A DNA stretch of 64,000 nucleotides from Candidatus Wildermuthbacteria bacterium (GCA_016203455.1 JACQMR010000015.1:137-64136), one strand, 5' to 3'; positions 24,592 to 34,394 are shown, counted from the first letter of the stretch. The notes: generated by a model not told the origin, from the sequence alone. Translations and numbers: made by a program.

Positions 24592-26027
24592 TACCCGGCT
24601 TTCAAAAAGCTTTAGAAATATTTCGAAGTGCAAGCGAACGCGTCCCCGCGTACGGCATGCTGTTGAAACATGGAGGGATAAACCCTCGCGCGGTGCGGGG
24701 AATCAAGGACTTTAAAACACTCCCGATTATAGAAAAGAAAACATACATATACCGATACCCCTTAAACGATCTGTTCCCCGAAAGAAAAATCCCTTCCATG
24801 GGATACGCGAGTTCCGGATCTTCCGGAAAACCCACACTATGGTTTCTTGACGACATCCAGGAACAACAAGGAGGGGACCTCCACGAACGCATCTTTCGGG
24901 ATATATTTAAAATACAAAAAAAAGATACAACGCTCATGATCGTATGCTTTGCCATGGGCATATGGATCGCGGGAATATATACTCTCGCTTCATGCAGAAA
25001 TGTCGCAAGAAAAGGGTATGCCCTTACCACAATAACCCCGGGCATAGAACAAAAAGACATTCTGCGTATTCTCAAAGACCTCGCCCCCCGCTTCAAACAC
25101 ACGATCATAGCTGGATACCCTCCGTTCCTCATGAATGTGTTCTCCGAAATGAAAAAGAAACAAATCCCCGCTCCCAAAAACATACGAGTCCTCACGGCGG
25201 GGGACAAGTTTTCAGAAACATGGCGAAAAGATGTGGCGACACTCCTTGGCATGCGTACGCCGGACGAATCCATCATCAACATATACGGGTGCGCGGACGC
25301 CGGCATGCTGGGGTTTGAAACTCCTCTCTCCATATTCTTGCGGAAAAAATCGGAGAGCGTGCCGGGGCTTTCTCGAGATTTATTTGGAACAGTCAAAAAT
25401 CTGCCTGGCATCTTTCAATACAATCCTAACCATGTGTTCTTTGAAGAACACGAGCAAGAACTCCTGTTGACTGTTTCAACATCCGCGCCGCTCGTACGCT
25501 ACAACATCCACGATATTGGAAATGTTTTCCCGCATAAAACCATGCGAACATTCTTAAAAACCCATGCGCTAGAAAAAGAAACGGAGGCGCACGGACTCTC
25601 GCAATGGACATGGCCTTTTGTAACGGTCAAAGGTAGAACCGATGTCGCGGTAACTTTTTACGCCCTCAACATCTATCCCGAACACATTAAACAGGGACTT
25701 GAAGACGCAAGAATTTCACGGTTCCTTTCGGGAAATTATTTTGCCCACAATCAAACCACAAACCACAGTAAAACGCAGACACTGCATATTGATGTTGAGC
25801 TTGCTCCGGGCGTTCGTCCAACGAAAACCATTTCACAAAATGTCCGTACCGCGGTAAGCGAATGCCTTCTGCGGGTCAATATGGAATTCCACAAGCTCCA
25901 TTCAATTTTGGGCGGAAAAGCCCTCCCACTTATCGCCCTAAAACAATACGGTGAAACGAATTTTCACAACAGCGACTCAAAAGGTATACTGAATATACAA
26001 GGAAAGAAACCAAAAATGTCCTCATAA
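24588..26027 (+). CDS. PaaK/GH3-like adenylate-forming enzyme
   Basis: YASSGSSGKPTLWF adenylation motif, TAGDKFSE, YGCADAG, VRYNIHDIG. Confidence 0.65.
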   Translation: MIPGFQKALEIFRSASERVPAYGMLLKHGGINPRAVRGIKDFKTLPIIEKKTYIYRYPLNDLFPERKIPSMGYASSGSSGKPTLWFLDDIQEQQGGDLHERIFRDIFKIQKKDTTLMIVCFAMGIWIAGIYTLASCRNVARKGYALTTITPGIEQKDILRILKDLAPRFKHTIIAGYPPFLMNVFSEMKKKQIPAPKNIRVLTAGDKFSETWRKDVATLLGMRTPDESIINIYGCADAGMLGFETPLSIFLRKKSESVPGLSRDLFGTVKNLPGIFQYNPNHVFFEEHEQELLLTVSTSAPLVRYNIHDIGNVFPHKTMRTFLKTHALEKETEAHGLSQWTWPFVTVKGRTDVAVTFYALNIYPEHIKQGLEDARISRFLSGNYFAHNQTTNHSKTQTLHIDVELAPGVRPTKTISQNVRTAVSECLLRVNMEFHKLHSILGGKALPLIALKQYGETNFHNSDSKGILNIQGKKPKMSS

Positions 26028-26032
26028 ACGCG

Positions 26033-27091
26033 ATGGAAGAAATAATCACAACAATACTCAAGGAAGCAAATAACGCTCCGTCCGGACACAACTACCAGCC
26101 ATGGAAATTTCGCATACAGAATTCCGCGCTCTTGATATACAATCTTCCCGAACGGGACACGACGATATATAACTTTCTCCAGCGGGGATCTCTCGTAAGC
26201 CATGGAGCTCTGATTGAAAATATTCAGATTGCGGCATCTCAACATGGCTATGCAACGACCGTACGGCTTTTCCCTGAAGGAAAAATGGGGGATTGCGTGG
26301 CTCGCGTAGAATTCCGGCATTCTCCAGAAATTTCGCAAGACAATCTTTTCAATGCCATCTGCAAACGAACCACAAACCGAAAACCTTACAAAAATATCCC
26401 GCTTCAAGAAGCGCACCGAAAAAGAATTCTGGAGGCGGGGAACCAAAACGGCAATACGACACGGCTCCGGCTCATTGAAGATCCCGCGCAAAAAAAACTT
26501 TTGGCAGACGCGTTTTCAGCAAACGAACGACTCATCATGGAAAACCGCGCGGTGCATCAATCCCTGTTCCCGCATATTATCTGGACCGAACAAGAAGAAC
26601 TCGCGCGAAGAAGCGGGCTATATGTAAAAACATTTGAACTGCCTCCTCCGGCGCGCGTTGCTTTCCGACTCTTTTCGCATTGGGGACTCGTGAATATCGT
26701 GGGCAAGCGGGGACTCTCAAAAAGCGTGGCATCACAGAACGCGAAAATATATGCTTCGTCTTCGGCAATGGGACTTATTGATATGCAAGACAACTCTCGC
26801 GAAAGCTTTGTCAACGCTGGCAGAACGCTTGAAAGAGTATGGCTTACCGCGACCGCATTGCAAATCAGTTTCCAGCCTGTAACAGCGGTTCTGTATTTGC
26901 GCCAGAGGATCGCTTCGGGAGACACCAAACAATTCTCCATGGATCACATTAACCTTGTGCAACAGGCATACGACACTATTCAGAATGTCTTTGGCGCGTC
27001 GTCTCGAGTCATGGCAATAACCTTTCGCATCGGATACGGCGGGACTCCGAGTGCATATTCTTCAAAACTTCCTCCTCATATAGAAATATGA
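26033..27091 (+). CDS. tandem nitroreductase-fold FMN oxidoreductase (Acg-like)
   Basis: APSGHNYQPWKFRI at the N-terminus, RTTNRKPY, ~350 aa two-lobed layout. Confidence 0.7.
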   Translation: MEEIITTILKEANNAPSGHNYQPWKFRIQNSALLIYNLPERDTTIYNFLQRGSLVSHGALIENIQIAASQHGYATTVRLFPEGKMGDCVARVEFRHSPEISQDNLFNAICKRTTNRKPYKNIPLQEAHRKRILEAGNQNGNTTRLRLIEDPAQKKLLADAFSANERLIMENRAVHQSLFPHIIWTEQEELARRSGLYVKTFELPPPARVAFRLFSHWGLVNIVGKRGLSKSVASQNAKIYASSSAMGLIDMQDNSRESFVNAGRTLERVWLTATALQISFQPVTAVLYLRQRIASGDTKQFSMDHINLVQQAYDTIQNVFGASSRVMAITFRIGYGGTPSAYSSKLPPHIEI

Positions 27092-27092
27092 C

Positions 27093-28715
27093 ATGAACTA
27101 TTTCTATCTCATCAACCTTGACATTCTGTGGCTTGGAATCGGGGTTGCCGCAAACGCGCTATTGGCTTTGGCCGTATTCCTGAACAACCGCCAAAACACG
27201 ACCAACCGGGCGTTTCTTTTCTTTGCCATTCTTACTATATGCTGGAGCGTCACGAACTTCCTTGTTTCTCGCTCCAGCGCACCATCAACAACTCTTTGGC
27301 TTTTGAGATTCGCCGTGTTCTTCGCGACATGGCACGCGTTTTCTTTTTTCCATCTTTTTTATGTATTTCCCAGAAATAAAATAACATATCCGCGGATGTA
27401 TGCGCTCCTTGCTATTCCGATCGTCTTAATCACATCGCTTCTCACTCTTACCCCCTTGGTATTCAAACAAATCGCGACATTTTCAAATACAGGGCAGGCC
27501 GCGAGTGCCGTAAACGGACCCGCCATTGTCTTATTTGGAGCGGTTATCGTGATGAGCATCCTGGGAGGATTGCTATTGATGATAAAAAAAATGGCGCAAG
27601 CATCAGGCATGGAAAAGCTCCAGCTCAAGTACATATTCACCGGAGCATTCATTACATTCTTACTTCTGCTGACCTTTAATTTTATTCTTCCGGCCTTTTT
27701 TAATAACGCCCGATTTGTGTCTTTTGGAGCGCTCTTTATTCTGCCTTTTGCCTTTTTCACCGCGTACGCCATCATCCGGCATCATCTGCTAAACATAAAA
27801 ATGATCGCTACCGAAATTCTCACATTCGTCCTAGCAAGCGCGAGTATCATAGAGGTAGTTGTCGCTCGAGACATAGGCACCCTTATCTTGCGAATTTCAA
27901 TATTCCTCCTTTTGTTGATTTTTGGAATCCTGCTCATCAAAAGCGTGCGCAAAGAAATAGGACAAAAAGAGGAGCTCCAGCGGGCATACGCGAAATTAAA
28001 AGAACTGGACGAAGCAAAGTCGGAGTTTGTATCCATCACTTCCCATCAACTGCGCACTCCGCTCACCGCGATTAAAGGATACATCTCCATGATTTTGGAA
28101 GAAGCGTACGGCCCTCTCGCTGAAAAACAAAAACAGCCCATGCGCAATGTGTATGAGTCAAACGAACGGCTCATTCAGCTGGTAAACGACCTCCTGGATA
28201 TTTCCCGCATTGAGTCGGGCAAAACCCGAGTGGAACTAAAAACCGGTCAGCTCTATGATGTTGTGAAAACGGCTCTGGAAGAACTCCGCATTAAAGCCAA
28301 GGACAAACGGTTAAAACTTATATTTGAAAAACCGTCTGCCGACATGCCCGAATTTCAATTTGACGCGGTAAAAATACGCAATGTTATCATGAATATCGTG
28401 GACAATGCCATTAAATACACCGGAAAGGGGAGTATACGGGTTAGCTTGGCGGTAAACAAAAACAAGATCGAGCACGCCGGCAACGCGCTTATTACCATTC
28501 AAGACACCGGAGAAGGCATGTCAAAAGAAGAAATAAACCACTTGTTTGAAAGCTTCTCTCGGGGCAACGCCGGAAACAAATTCTGGACCGAAGGTTCCGG
28601 CCTTGGTCTCTATATCGCAAAACAGTTTGTCGTAATGCACAAAGGCAGAATATGGGCGGAAAGCGAAGGCAAAGGCAAAGGGAGCGCATTTTTCGTTGAG
28701 CTTCCGCTTGTATAA
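27093..28715 (+). CDS. sensor histidine kinase with ~7-TM N-terminal domain
   Basis: HisKA SHQLRTPLTAIKGY; HATPase_c N, G1, G2 boxes (DNAIKYT, QDTGEGM, GSGLGL); starts 2 nt after the previous stop. Confidence 0.85.
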   Translation: MNYFYLINLDILWLGIGVAANALLALAVFLNNRQNTTNRAFLFFAILTICWSVTNFLVSRSSAPSTTLWLLRFAVFFATWHAFSFFHLFYVFPRNKITYPRMYALLAIPIVLITSLLTLTPLVFKQIATFSNTGQAASAVNGPAIVLFGAVIVMSILGGLLLMIKKMAQASGMEKLQLKYIFTGAFITFLLLLTFNFILPAFFNNARFVSFGALFILPFAFFTAYAIIRHHLLNIKMIATEILTFVLASASIIEVVVARDIGTLILRISIFLLLLIFGILLIKSVRKEIGQKEELQRAYAKLKELDEAKSEFVSITSHQLRTPLTAIKGYISMILEEAYGPLAEKQKQPMRNVYESNERLIQLVNDLLDISRIESGKTRVELKTGQLYDVVKTALEELRIKAKDKRLKLIFEKPSADMPEFQFDAVKIRNVIMNIVDNAIKYTGKGSIRVSLAVNKNKIEHAGNALITIQDTGEGMSKEEINHLFESFSRGNAGNKFWTEGSGLGLYIAKQFVVMHKGRIWAESEGKGKGSAFFVELPLV

Positions 28716-28794
28716 TCTTTGGTGTACTCCTTTTGATTTTGCAAGATATATGGTATCCTCTAGTATTCTAGAGGAATTATTTTACCTAAAAAAC

Positions 28795-30189
28795 ATGCAA
28801 AGAACATACACGGCAGAAACGCCAAACAAAGTAGGGGAGACCGTAAAACTGGCAGGATGGATAGACACCCGAAGAGACCACGGAAAACTCGTATTTTTGG
28901 ACTTGAGAGACAAAGAGGGAATCATGCAAATTGTTTTTACGCCCCAAGAAGCGGAGGCGCATGGGCTTGTGCAAGAGGCGCGGCCCGAATGGGTTGTTGA
29001 AATAGAAGGGGAGGTGAAAGAACGCCCGGAAAACATGAAGAACAAAGAAATTGCCACCGGGGGCGTGGAACTGCTTGCCAGAAAACTCGTCATTTTATCC
29101 CAGGCAAAAACCATGCCGTTTGACATACACGGGGACGGATACGACATAGACGAAGAAAAACGGCTTACATACCGCTATCTTGATCTGCGGAGACCTCGCA
29201 TGGCAAAAAACTTAAAAATGCGGCACCTGTGCATTCAGTTTATGCGGGATTTCCTTCTCAAAGAAGGATTCACGGAAGTTGAAACGCCGGTAATCAGCAA
29301 ATCCACGCCCGAAGGAGCACGCGATTACCTCATACCGTCTCGTCTGTACGCGGGGAAATTTTACGCCCTGCCCCAAAGCCCCCAGCAATACAAACAGCTC
29401 CTCCAGGTGGCAGGCGTTGAAAAGTATTTCCAGATTGTGCGGTGTTTCAGAGACGAAGACCCCAGAGCCGACCGCCAGCCGGAATTCACCCAGTTAGATA
29501 TTGAAATGTCGTTCGTGGAACAAGAAGATGTTTTAAACCTGATTGAGCGGCTCTACACCCAGTTGGTAGGAAAATTCTTCCCTGAAAAGCGGGTTCAAAA
29601 AAGTCCGTTTCCAAGATATGAATATAAAGATGTCATGGCAAAATACAATTCAGACAAGCCGGATCTGCGCGAGAACGCGCAAGACCCCAACGAACTTGCC
29701 TTTGCCTTTGTGGTGAACTTCCCCATGTTTGAATGGAAAGAAAAAGAAGACAGATGGGACGCGGTGCATCACCCCTTTACGCGCCCCCAAACGGAAGACC
29801 TTGAGGAAATGAAAAAGAATCCGGGAGACATTCTGGCATTCCAATACGACCTAGTGCTCAACGGATATGAAATAGCGGGAGGCAGTTTGCGCACCTACCG
29901 CCCGGACATTCTTTCGGGAGTGTTTGAACTCATGGGCAACAAAAAAGAAGACATCCAGGCAAAGTTCGGCCACCTGCTTACCGCGTTTGAATACGGCGTG
30001 CCTCCGCACGGAGGAATCGCCTCCGGCCTTGACCGGTTTTTTGCAATCTCATTTGGGGAACCCAATATCCGAGAAGTCATCCCGTTCCCCAAAACAGGGG
30101 ACGCGAGAGACCCCTTAATGGACAGCCCAAGCGAAGTTACCGGAGAACAGCTCAAAGAACTGCACTTGGAAATTACAAAGAAAAAATAA
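28795..30189 (+). CDS. aspS: aspartate--tRNA ligase (short form, no large insertion domain)
   Basis: OB-fold N-terminus, FRDEDPRADRQPEFTQLDIEMSF, GGSLR, GIASGLDR; start moved to MQRTYTAE. Confidence 0.9.
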   Translation: MQRTYTAETPNKVGETVKLAGWIDTRRDHGKLVFLDLRDKEGIMQIVFTPQEAEAHGLVQEARPEWVVEIEGEVKERPENMKNKEIATGGVELLARKLVILSQAKTMPFDIHGDGYDIDEEKRLTYRYLDLRRPRMAKNLKMRHLCIQFMRDFLLKEGFTEVETPVISKSTPEGARDYLIPSRLYAGKFYALPQSPQQYKQLLQVAGVEKYFQIVRCFRDEDPRADRQPEFTQLDIEMSFVEQEDVLNLIERLYTQLVGKFFPEKRVQKSPFPRYEYKDVMAKYNSDKPDLRENAQDPNELAFAFVVNFPMFEWKEKEDRWDAVHHPFTRPQTEDLEEMKKNPGDILAFQYDLVLNGYEIAGGSLRTYRPDILSGVFELMGNKKEDIQAKFGHLLTAFEYGVPPHGGIASGLDRFFAISFGEPNIREVIPFPKTGDARDPLMDSPSEVTGEQLKELHLEITKKK

Positions 30190-30192
30190 GCA

Positions 30193-31161
30193 ATGACAAG
30201 GAACACGCGGATATTTCTTGGAGCGTTTTTGGCCAGCATTCCGTTCTGGCTTTTTGCCAATACGGTTTCTTCCGGCGCCCAAGAACTGTTGTTCTGGAAC
30301 AACATGGCAGACACCCAGCAAGCGTCCGCGCTTTCCTCGCTGGAAGACATGAAATGGCTGGCGCGCCCGGTTATAAAACAAACCGCGCCTTCCCTGGAGC
30401 TTGCCGCGCAATCCGCCGTTTCTGTTTTGATCAAAACCACCGGTGAAGAAAAAACGCTCTTTAAAAAAAATGAGGGAGAATCCCTGCCCATTGCCTCTTT
30501 GTCAAAACTCATGACTGCTTTGGTAGCGGCGCGAACATTCAACCCGAAAGACATTATAACGATAAGCAGGGAAGCTGTGCGGGAAGAAGAAAGCTTTGGC
30601 CTGCTCAAAGCCGGAGACGCGTTTTTCGCCAAAGACCTGCTGTACCCCATGCTCATTGAATCTTCAAACGACGCGGCGGCCGCGTTTGCCCTGGAGATTG
30701 GAAAACAACCGTTCGCAGACCTCATGAACCTTGAGGCAAAACGACTTGAACTTTCTAAAACCCGTTTTACAAACTACGCGGGACTAGATCCGGATAGTCC
30801 CGAAGAACCGGTCAATCTTTCAAGCGCTTTAGATGTAGCGCGCATTGTCCGGGAATTGAAAGACCAGTATCCCGATATCTTTTCCATCTTGCGCGTCCAG
30901 GAGCTCCCGCTGTACGACAGCAGGGGTTGGTTTCATCACGACATGATAAACACCAATGAACTGCTCTCGTTTACATCGTGGCCCACGAAAGTTCTTGGAG
31001 GAAAAACCGGATGGACTCCTCTCGCGCAAGGAACCCTGGCGCTTGTTCTTGAAAGCCCCAAACAAAAAGGATACATTATCAATGTTGTCTTGGGATCGCC
31101 CGACCGATTCTCCGACATGAAACGACTGGTTAACTGGACATATAATTCGTATGCTTGGTAA
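30193..31161 (+). CDS. D-alanyl-D-alanine carboxypeptidase (S11 serine peptidase)
   Basis: SLSKLMT (SxxK), SSND (SxN), GKTGWT (KTG). Confidence 0.8.
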   Translation: MTRNTRIFLGAFLASIPFWLFANTVSSGAQELLFWNNMADTQQASALSSLEDMKWLARPVIKQTAPSLELAAQSAVSVLIKTTGEEKTLFKKNEGESLPIASLSKLMTALVAARTFNPKDIITISREAVREEESFGLLKAGDAFFAKDLLYPMLIESSNDAAAAFALEIGKQPFADLMNLEAKRLELSKTRFTNYAGLDPDSPEEPVNLSSALDVARIVRELKDQYPDIFSILRVQELPLYDSRGWFHHDMINTNELLSFTSWPTKVLGGKTGWTPLAQGTLALVLESPKQKGYIINVVLGSPDRFSDMKRLVNWTYNSYAW

Positions 31162-32270
31162 CGCGCATGATTTCTCTCCTTTCTTTCAGCATCATCAAAA
31201 TAGCCGTGATTACAGGCATGAGCTTTCTCATTGGTTTTCTCGCGACTCCCGCGCTCTTGCGCGTCATGCATAAATACAAACTCTGGCGGAAAACCGTTCG
31301 CCAAACGGCATTGGGCGGAGGGGCCCTGCCCGTGTTTCAAAAATTTCACACGGAAGGCGAAGTAAAAACCCCGCGATTCGGAGGCGTGCTCGTATGGCTT
31401 GTTCCCCCTTTGGTGGCAATAATTCTCTGGTTGCTTTCCAAAACAGGAAACCCGTGGCTGGAAGCTATGAACTTTCTCACGCGCTCTGAAACCTGGCTCC
31501 CCATGGGAACTCTCCTTGCCGCGTCTTTCGTGGGGTTTTTAGACGACATGCTCCAGGTGATCTCTGCTCCCGGCAACGCGTTTTTACGATCGCTTTGGGA
31601 AAAAACCAATAAATACATTGCCGGAGGACTTTCCCTGAAGCACCGTTTCGCGCTTGTAACCCTCATAGGACTTACGGGGGCGTGGTGGTTTTTCTACAAA
31701 CTCGGCTGGGATACGGTGCATATTCCCGGAGGAGGGGACATCGTTTTGGGCTGGCTTATTATCCCATTTTTCGTACTCGTTATGCTTGCAACCTATTCGG
31801 GAGGAGTGCTGGACGGCATAGACGGACTCGCCGGGGGATCGTTTGCCTCCATGTTTACCGCGTACGGACTCATCGCGTTTTCCCAACAACAAGTTGATCT
31901 CGCCGCATTCTGCTTTGCCATTACCGGAGCATTACTCGCGTTTCTCTGGTTCAATGTGCCTCCCGCGAAGTTTTACATGACCGAGGTTGGAACAATGGGA
32001 CTTACCGCGACTCTCACGGTCGTGGCATTCCTCACGGATGCCGTATTGGTATTGCCCATTATAGGCATACTGCTGGTTATAGAGTCGGGATCCGTCATTC
32101 TTCAGCTTCTCTCTAAAAAACTGCGCGGCGGAAAAAAGATATTCAAAGCCGCTCCTTTTCACCATCACCTTGAAGCAGGGGGCTGGCCTTTGCACACCAT
32201 TACCATGAGATTCTGGATTATAGGCATTGTGGCCGCGTTTATCGGCGTGGCAATCCAGCTACTGGGATGA
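31155..32270 (+). CDS. mraY: phospho-N-acetylmuramoyl-pentapeptide transferase
   Basis: GFLDDMLQV, DGIDGLAGG, APFHHHLE; multi-TM. Confidence 0.9.
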   Translation: MVTRMISLLSFSIIKIAVITGMSFLIGFLATPALLRVMHKYKLWRKTVRQTALGGGALPVFQKFHTEGEVKTPRFGGVLVWLVPPLVAIILWLLSKTGNPWLEAMNFLTRSETWLPMGTLLAASFVGFLDDMLQVISAPGNAFLRSLWEKTNKYIAGGLSLKHRFALVTLIGLTGAWWFFYKLGWDTVHIPGGGDIVLGWLIIPFFVLVMLATYSGGVLDGIDGLAGGSFASMFTAYGLIAFSQQQVDLAAFCFAITGALLAFLWFNVPPAKFYMTEVGTMGLTATLTVVAFLTDAVLVLPIIGILLVIESGSVILQLLSKKLRGGKKIFKAAPFHHHLEAGGWPLHTITMRFWIIGIVAAFIGVAIQLLG

Positions 32271-33679
32271 AATATTCATCCTTAAGAAAAACGCATCCGA
32301 AATTCTTTTATCATTCATGCAAAACGGAACGCGCCGGGAAAGACCTGCGGGTCAGTTTTGAATTTTCAATTCCTCCCGGGATTTCGTTTAGCCCCGCTCT
32401 TATTATACGCGACATTCCGGTAAAGCGCGTTAAAGAAATAGGGAAAGAAATACTCAACAATCTTGTGTTCAACCTCGGCTTGGTTGAAATGATCAGCTAC
32501 TGGAAAGCAACCTGCTCTCCTGAAATCGTTGTTGAGGCGGGTCCCCTGGATCAAAAACAAAAAGCGTGGTTCAAAAACCTCATTCTCAAAGGAATGGGGG
32601 AGTACTTTTACAAAAACAAAATCAATTTTACCTCCCCGAATTTTCTAAAAATCGCCTCATTAACCACCTCCTTAACCCCGTTAAGTTATCCACACCTTAA
32701 CGGGGTTAAGGAAAATCAACAAAGAACGCTGGTGCCGGTTGGCGGGGGGAAAGACGGCGCGGTCACTCTGGAACTGCTAAAAGAAACAAACATCAAGCTC
32801 CGGCCGTTTTTACTCAACCCAAAGAAAGAACAAAGAGATGTGCTTGAAGCGGCGGGCATAAAAAACCCCGTTATCGTTGAAAGAACCATAGACCCAAAAC
32901 TTTTAGAGCTGAACCGCAAAGGATATCTCAATGGGCATACGCCGTTTTCGGCGTATCTGGCGTTTCTCACAACACTCGCCGCGGCTCTCTTTGGATATAA
33001 ATATATAGCGCTCTCAAACGAAGAGAGCTCAAACGAAGGGAACCTGCGCTATCTTGGCAAAACAATCAACCACCAGTATTCCAAGACATACGAGTTTGAA
33101 GAAAACTTCCGCGAGTACTGCGAGATATATCTTTCTCCGGATATAGAATACTTCAGCTTCCTGCGGCCGCTTTCAGAACTCCAAATAGCAAAAATCTTTG
33201 CCCGGTATCCTCAATACTTTCCGGCATTTTTAAGCTGTAACACGGCCCACAAAACATACTCCGGCACAAAACACCCCGAAAGAACCTGGTGCAAAACATG
33301 CCCCAAATGCCTGTTTGTGTTTGCCATACTCTATCCTTTTGTCCCAAGCCAAACGCTTGTTGAAACATTCGGCGGAAACCTTTTTGAAAACCCCGCCCTT
33401 ATTCCTCTCATGCAAGAACTTACGGGAGAAAAGCGGTTCAAACCCTTTGAATGCGTTGGGACCGCCAAAGAAAGCATAGCGGCGTTTTTCTTAAGCGCAA
33501 AGAAAGCGGAGAGAGAAGACGGAGAATTGCCGGGGCTTCTTGTATATTTCAAAAAACGCATCCTGCCCCGCCGCAAAAACATCGCGAAAACAGCGGCGCG
33601 CATTTTATCGTCCTGGAACCGCAGACACTTCCTGCCTGCGCAATTTGAAGATATACTAAAAAAACACGCTCAATCATGA
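32267..33679 (+). CDS. dcw-cluster protein with PP-loop-like motif; possible MurL-type UDP-MurNAc-L-Ala-L-Glu epimerase (inference)
   Basis: VPVGGGKDGAV resembles the SGGxDS ATP-pyrophosphatase loop; CKTCPKC cysteine cluster; sits between mraY and murD with ATGA overlaps on both sides. Confidence 0.5.
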   Translation: MKYSSLRKTHPKFFYHSCKTERAGKDLRVSFEFSIPPGISFSPALIIRDIPVKRVKEIGKEILNNLVFNLGLVEMISYWKATCSPEIVVEAGPLDQKQKAWFKNLILKGMGEYFYKNKINFTSPNFLKIASLTTSLTPLSYPHLNGVKENQQRTLVPVGGGKDGAVTLELLKETNIKLRPFLLNPKKEQRDVLEAAGIKNPVIVERTIDPKLLELNRKGYLNGHTPFSAYLAFLTTLAAALFGYKYIALSNEESSNEGNLRYLGKTINHQYSKTYEFEENFREYCEIYLSPDIEYFSFLRPLSELQIAKIFARYPQYFPAFLSCNTAHKTYSGTKHPERTWCKTCPKCLFVFAILYPFVPSQTLVETFGGNLFENPALIPLMQELTGEKRFKPFECVGTAKESIAAFFLSAKKAEREDGELPGLLVYFKKRILPRRKNIAKTAARILSSWNRRHFLPAQFEDILKKHAQS

Positions 33680-33918
33680 AAATCCATGTAACGGCAAAAC
33701 CCCTTGCCAAAGAACAGCGGGTGGAAAAAACAGGAGAGTACACATTCTCGGTGAGTGTGAAAGAACCTCCCAAAGAAGGCAAAGCAAACCGCGCCATTAT
33801 TTCGGCTTTAGCTGACTATTTCAGCATTCCGCAATCCAGCATTCGTCTTGTATCGGGTTTTTCTTCAAAACAAAAAGTTTTTGAAATTCCTCTTTCTCTC
33901 ACGCGGGATTATCCTTAG
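33676..33918 (+). CDS. DUF167 (YggU-like) family protein
   Basis: VKEPPKEGKANRAIISALADYFSIPQSSIRLVSGFSSKQKVFEI. Confidence 0.75.
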   Translation: MKIHVTAKPLAKEQRVEKTGEYTFSVSVKEPPKEGKANRAIISALADYFSIPQSSIRLVSGFSSKQKVFEIPLSLTRDYP

Positions 33919-33943
33919 CAGGAAAAACAGGGGGTTAGGAATT

Positions 33944-33971
33944 AACGCTGTTGTTAGAACACCTTCGGTTC
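33944..33971 (+). repeat. 27/28-nt conserved intergenic motif, copy 3 (diverged)
   Basis: ACGCTGTTGTTAGAACACCTTCGGTTCG. Confidence 0.35.
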
Positions 33972-34094
33972 GTAGTTGGTAATTTCCGGCGTAACCCTCT
34001 CTAAACTAAGTTATTTGGATAAATATAAAAAAGGGGGGCGGTATACAGATATATATGAATAGCGACCCCTCAAAACTTGTCTACGAGAAAGACC

Positions 34095-34394
34095 TTATTT
34101 GGTTTCTTCTTGTTCCTTCGCGTTGCACGATTCCTGAAGGAACATGATGCCATTTACAACAGTAATCGCTTGGGCGATCGCAAGCAACCAACCTCCTGCG
34201 GTAATCATGGCGATAAAAAGCCCTAAAGCTCCCCATCCCTTATATGCAGCAGGAAAAGGAAATATCGTCACCGCCAGGCATAGAACCACAAGGAGGGCCC
34301 AAGTCGCGCCCCACCAGGTTTTCGCTGATCTTTGAATCTCTCTCCTTAATATATCCCATTTTTGTTGCGGTGTCAGCATAACCAAACCTCCCAC
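34095..34394 (-). CDS. small membrane protein (about 95 aa)
   Basis: two predicted TM helices; GGGAGG RBS upstream; interrupts the + strand dcw cluster. Confidence 0.4.
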   Translation of the reverse strand: MGGLVMLTPQQKWDILRREIQRSAKTWWGATWALLVVLCLAVTIFPFPAAYKGWGALGLFIAMITAGGWLLAIAQAITVVNGIMFLQESCNAKEQEETK

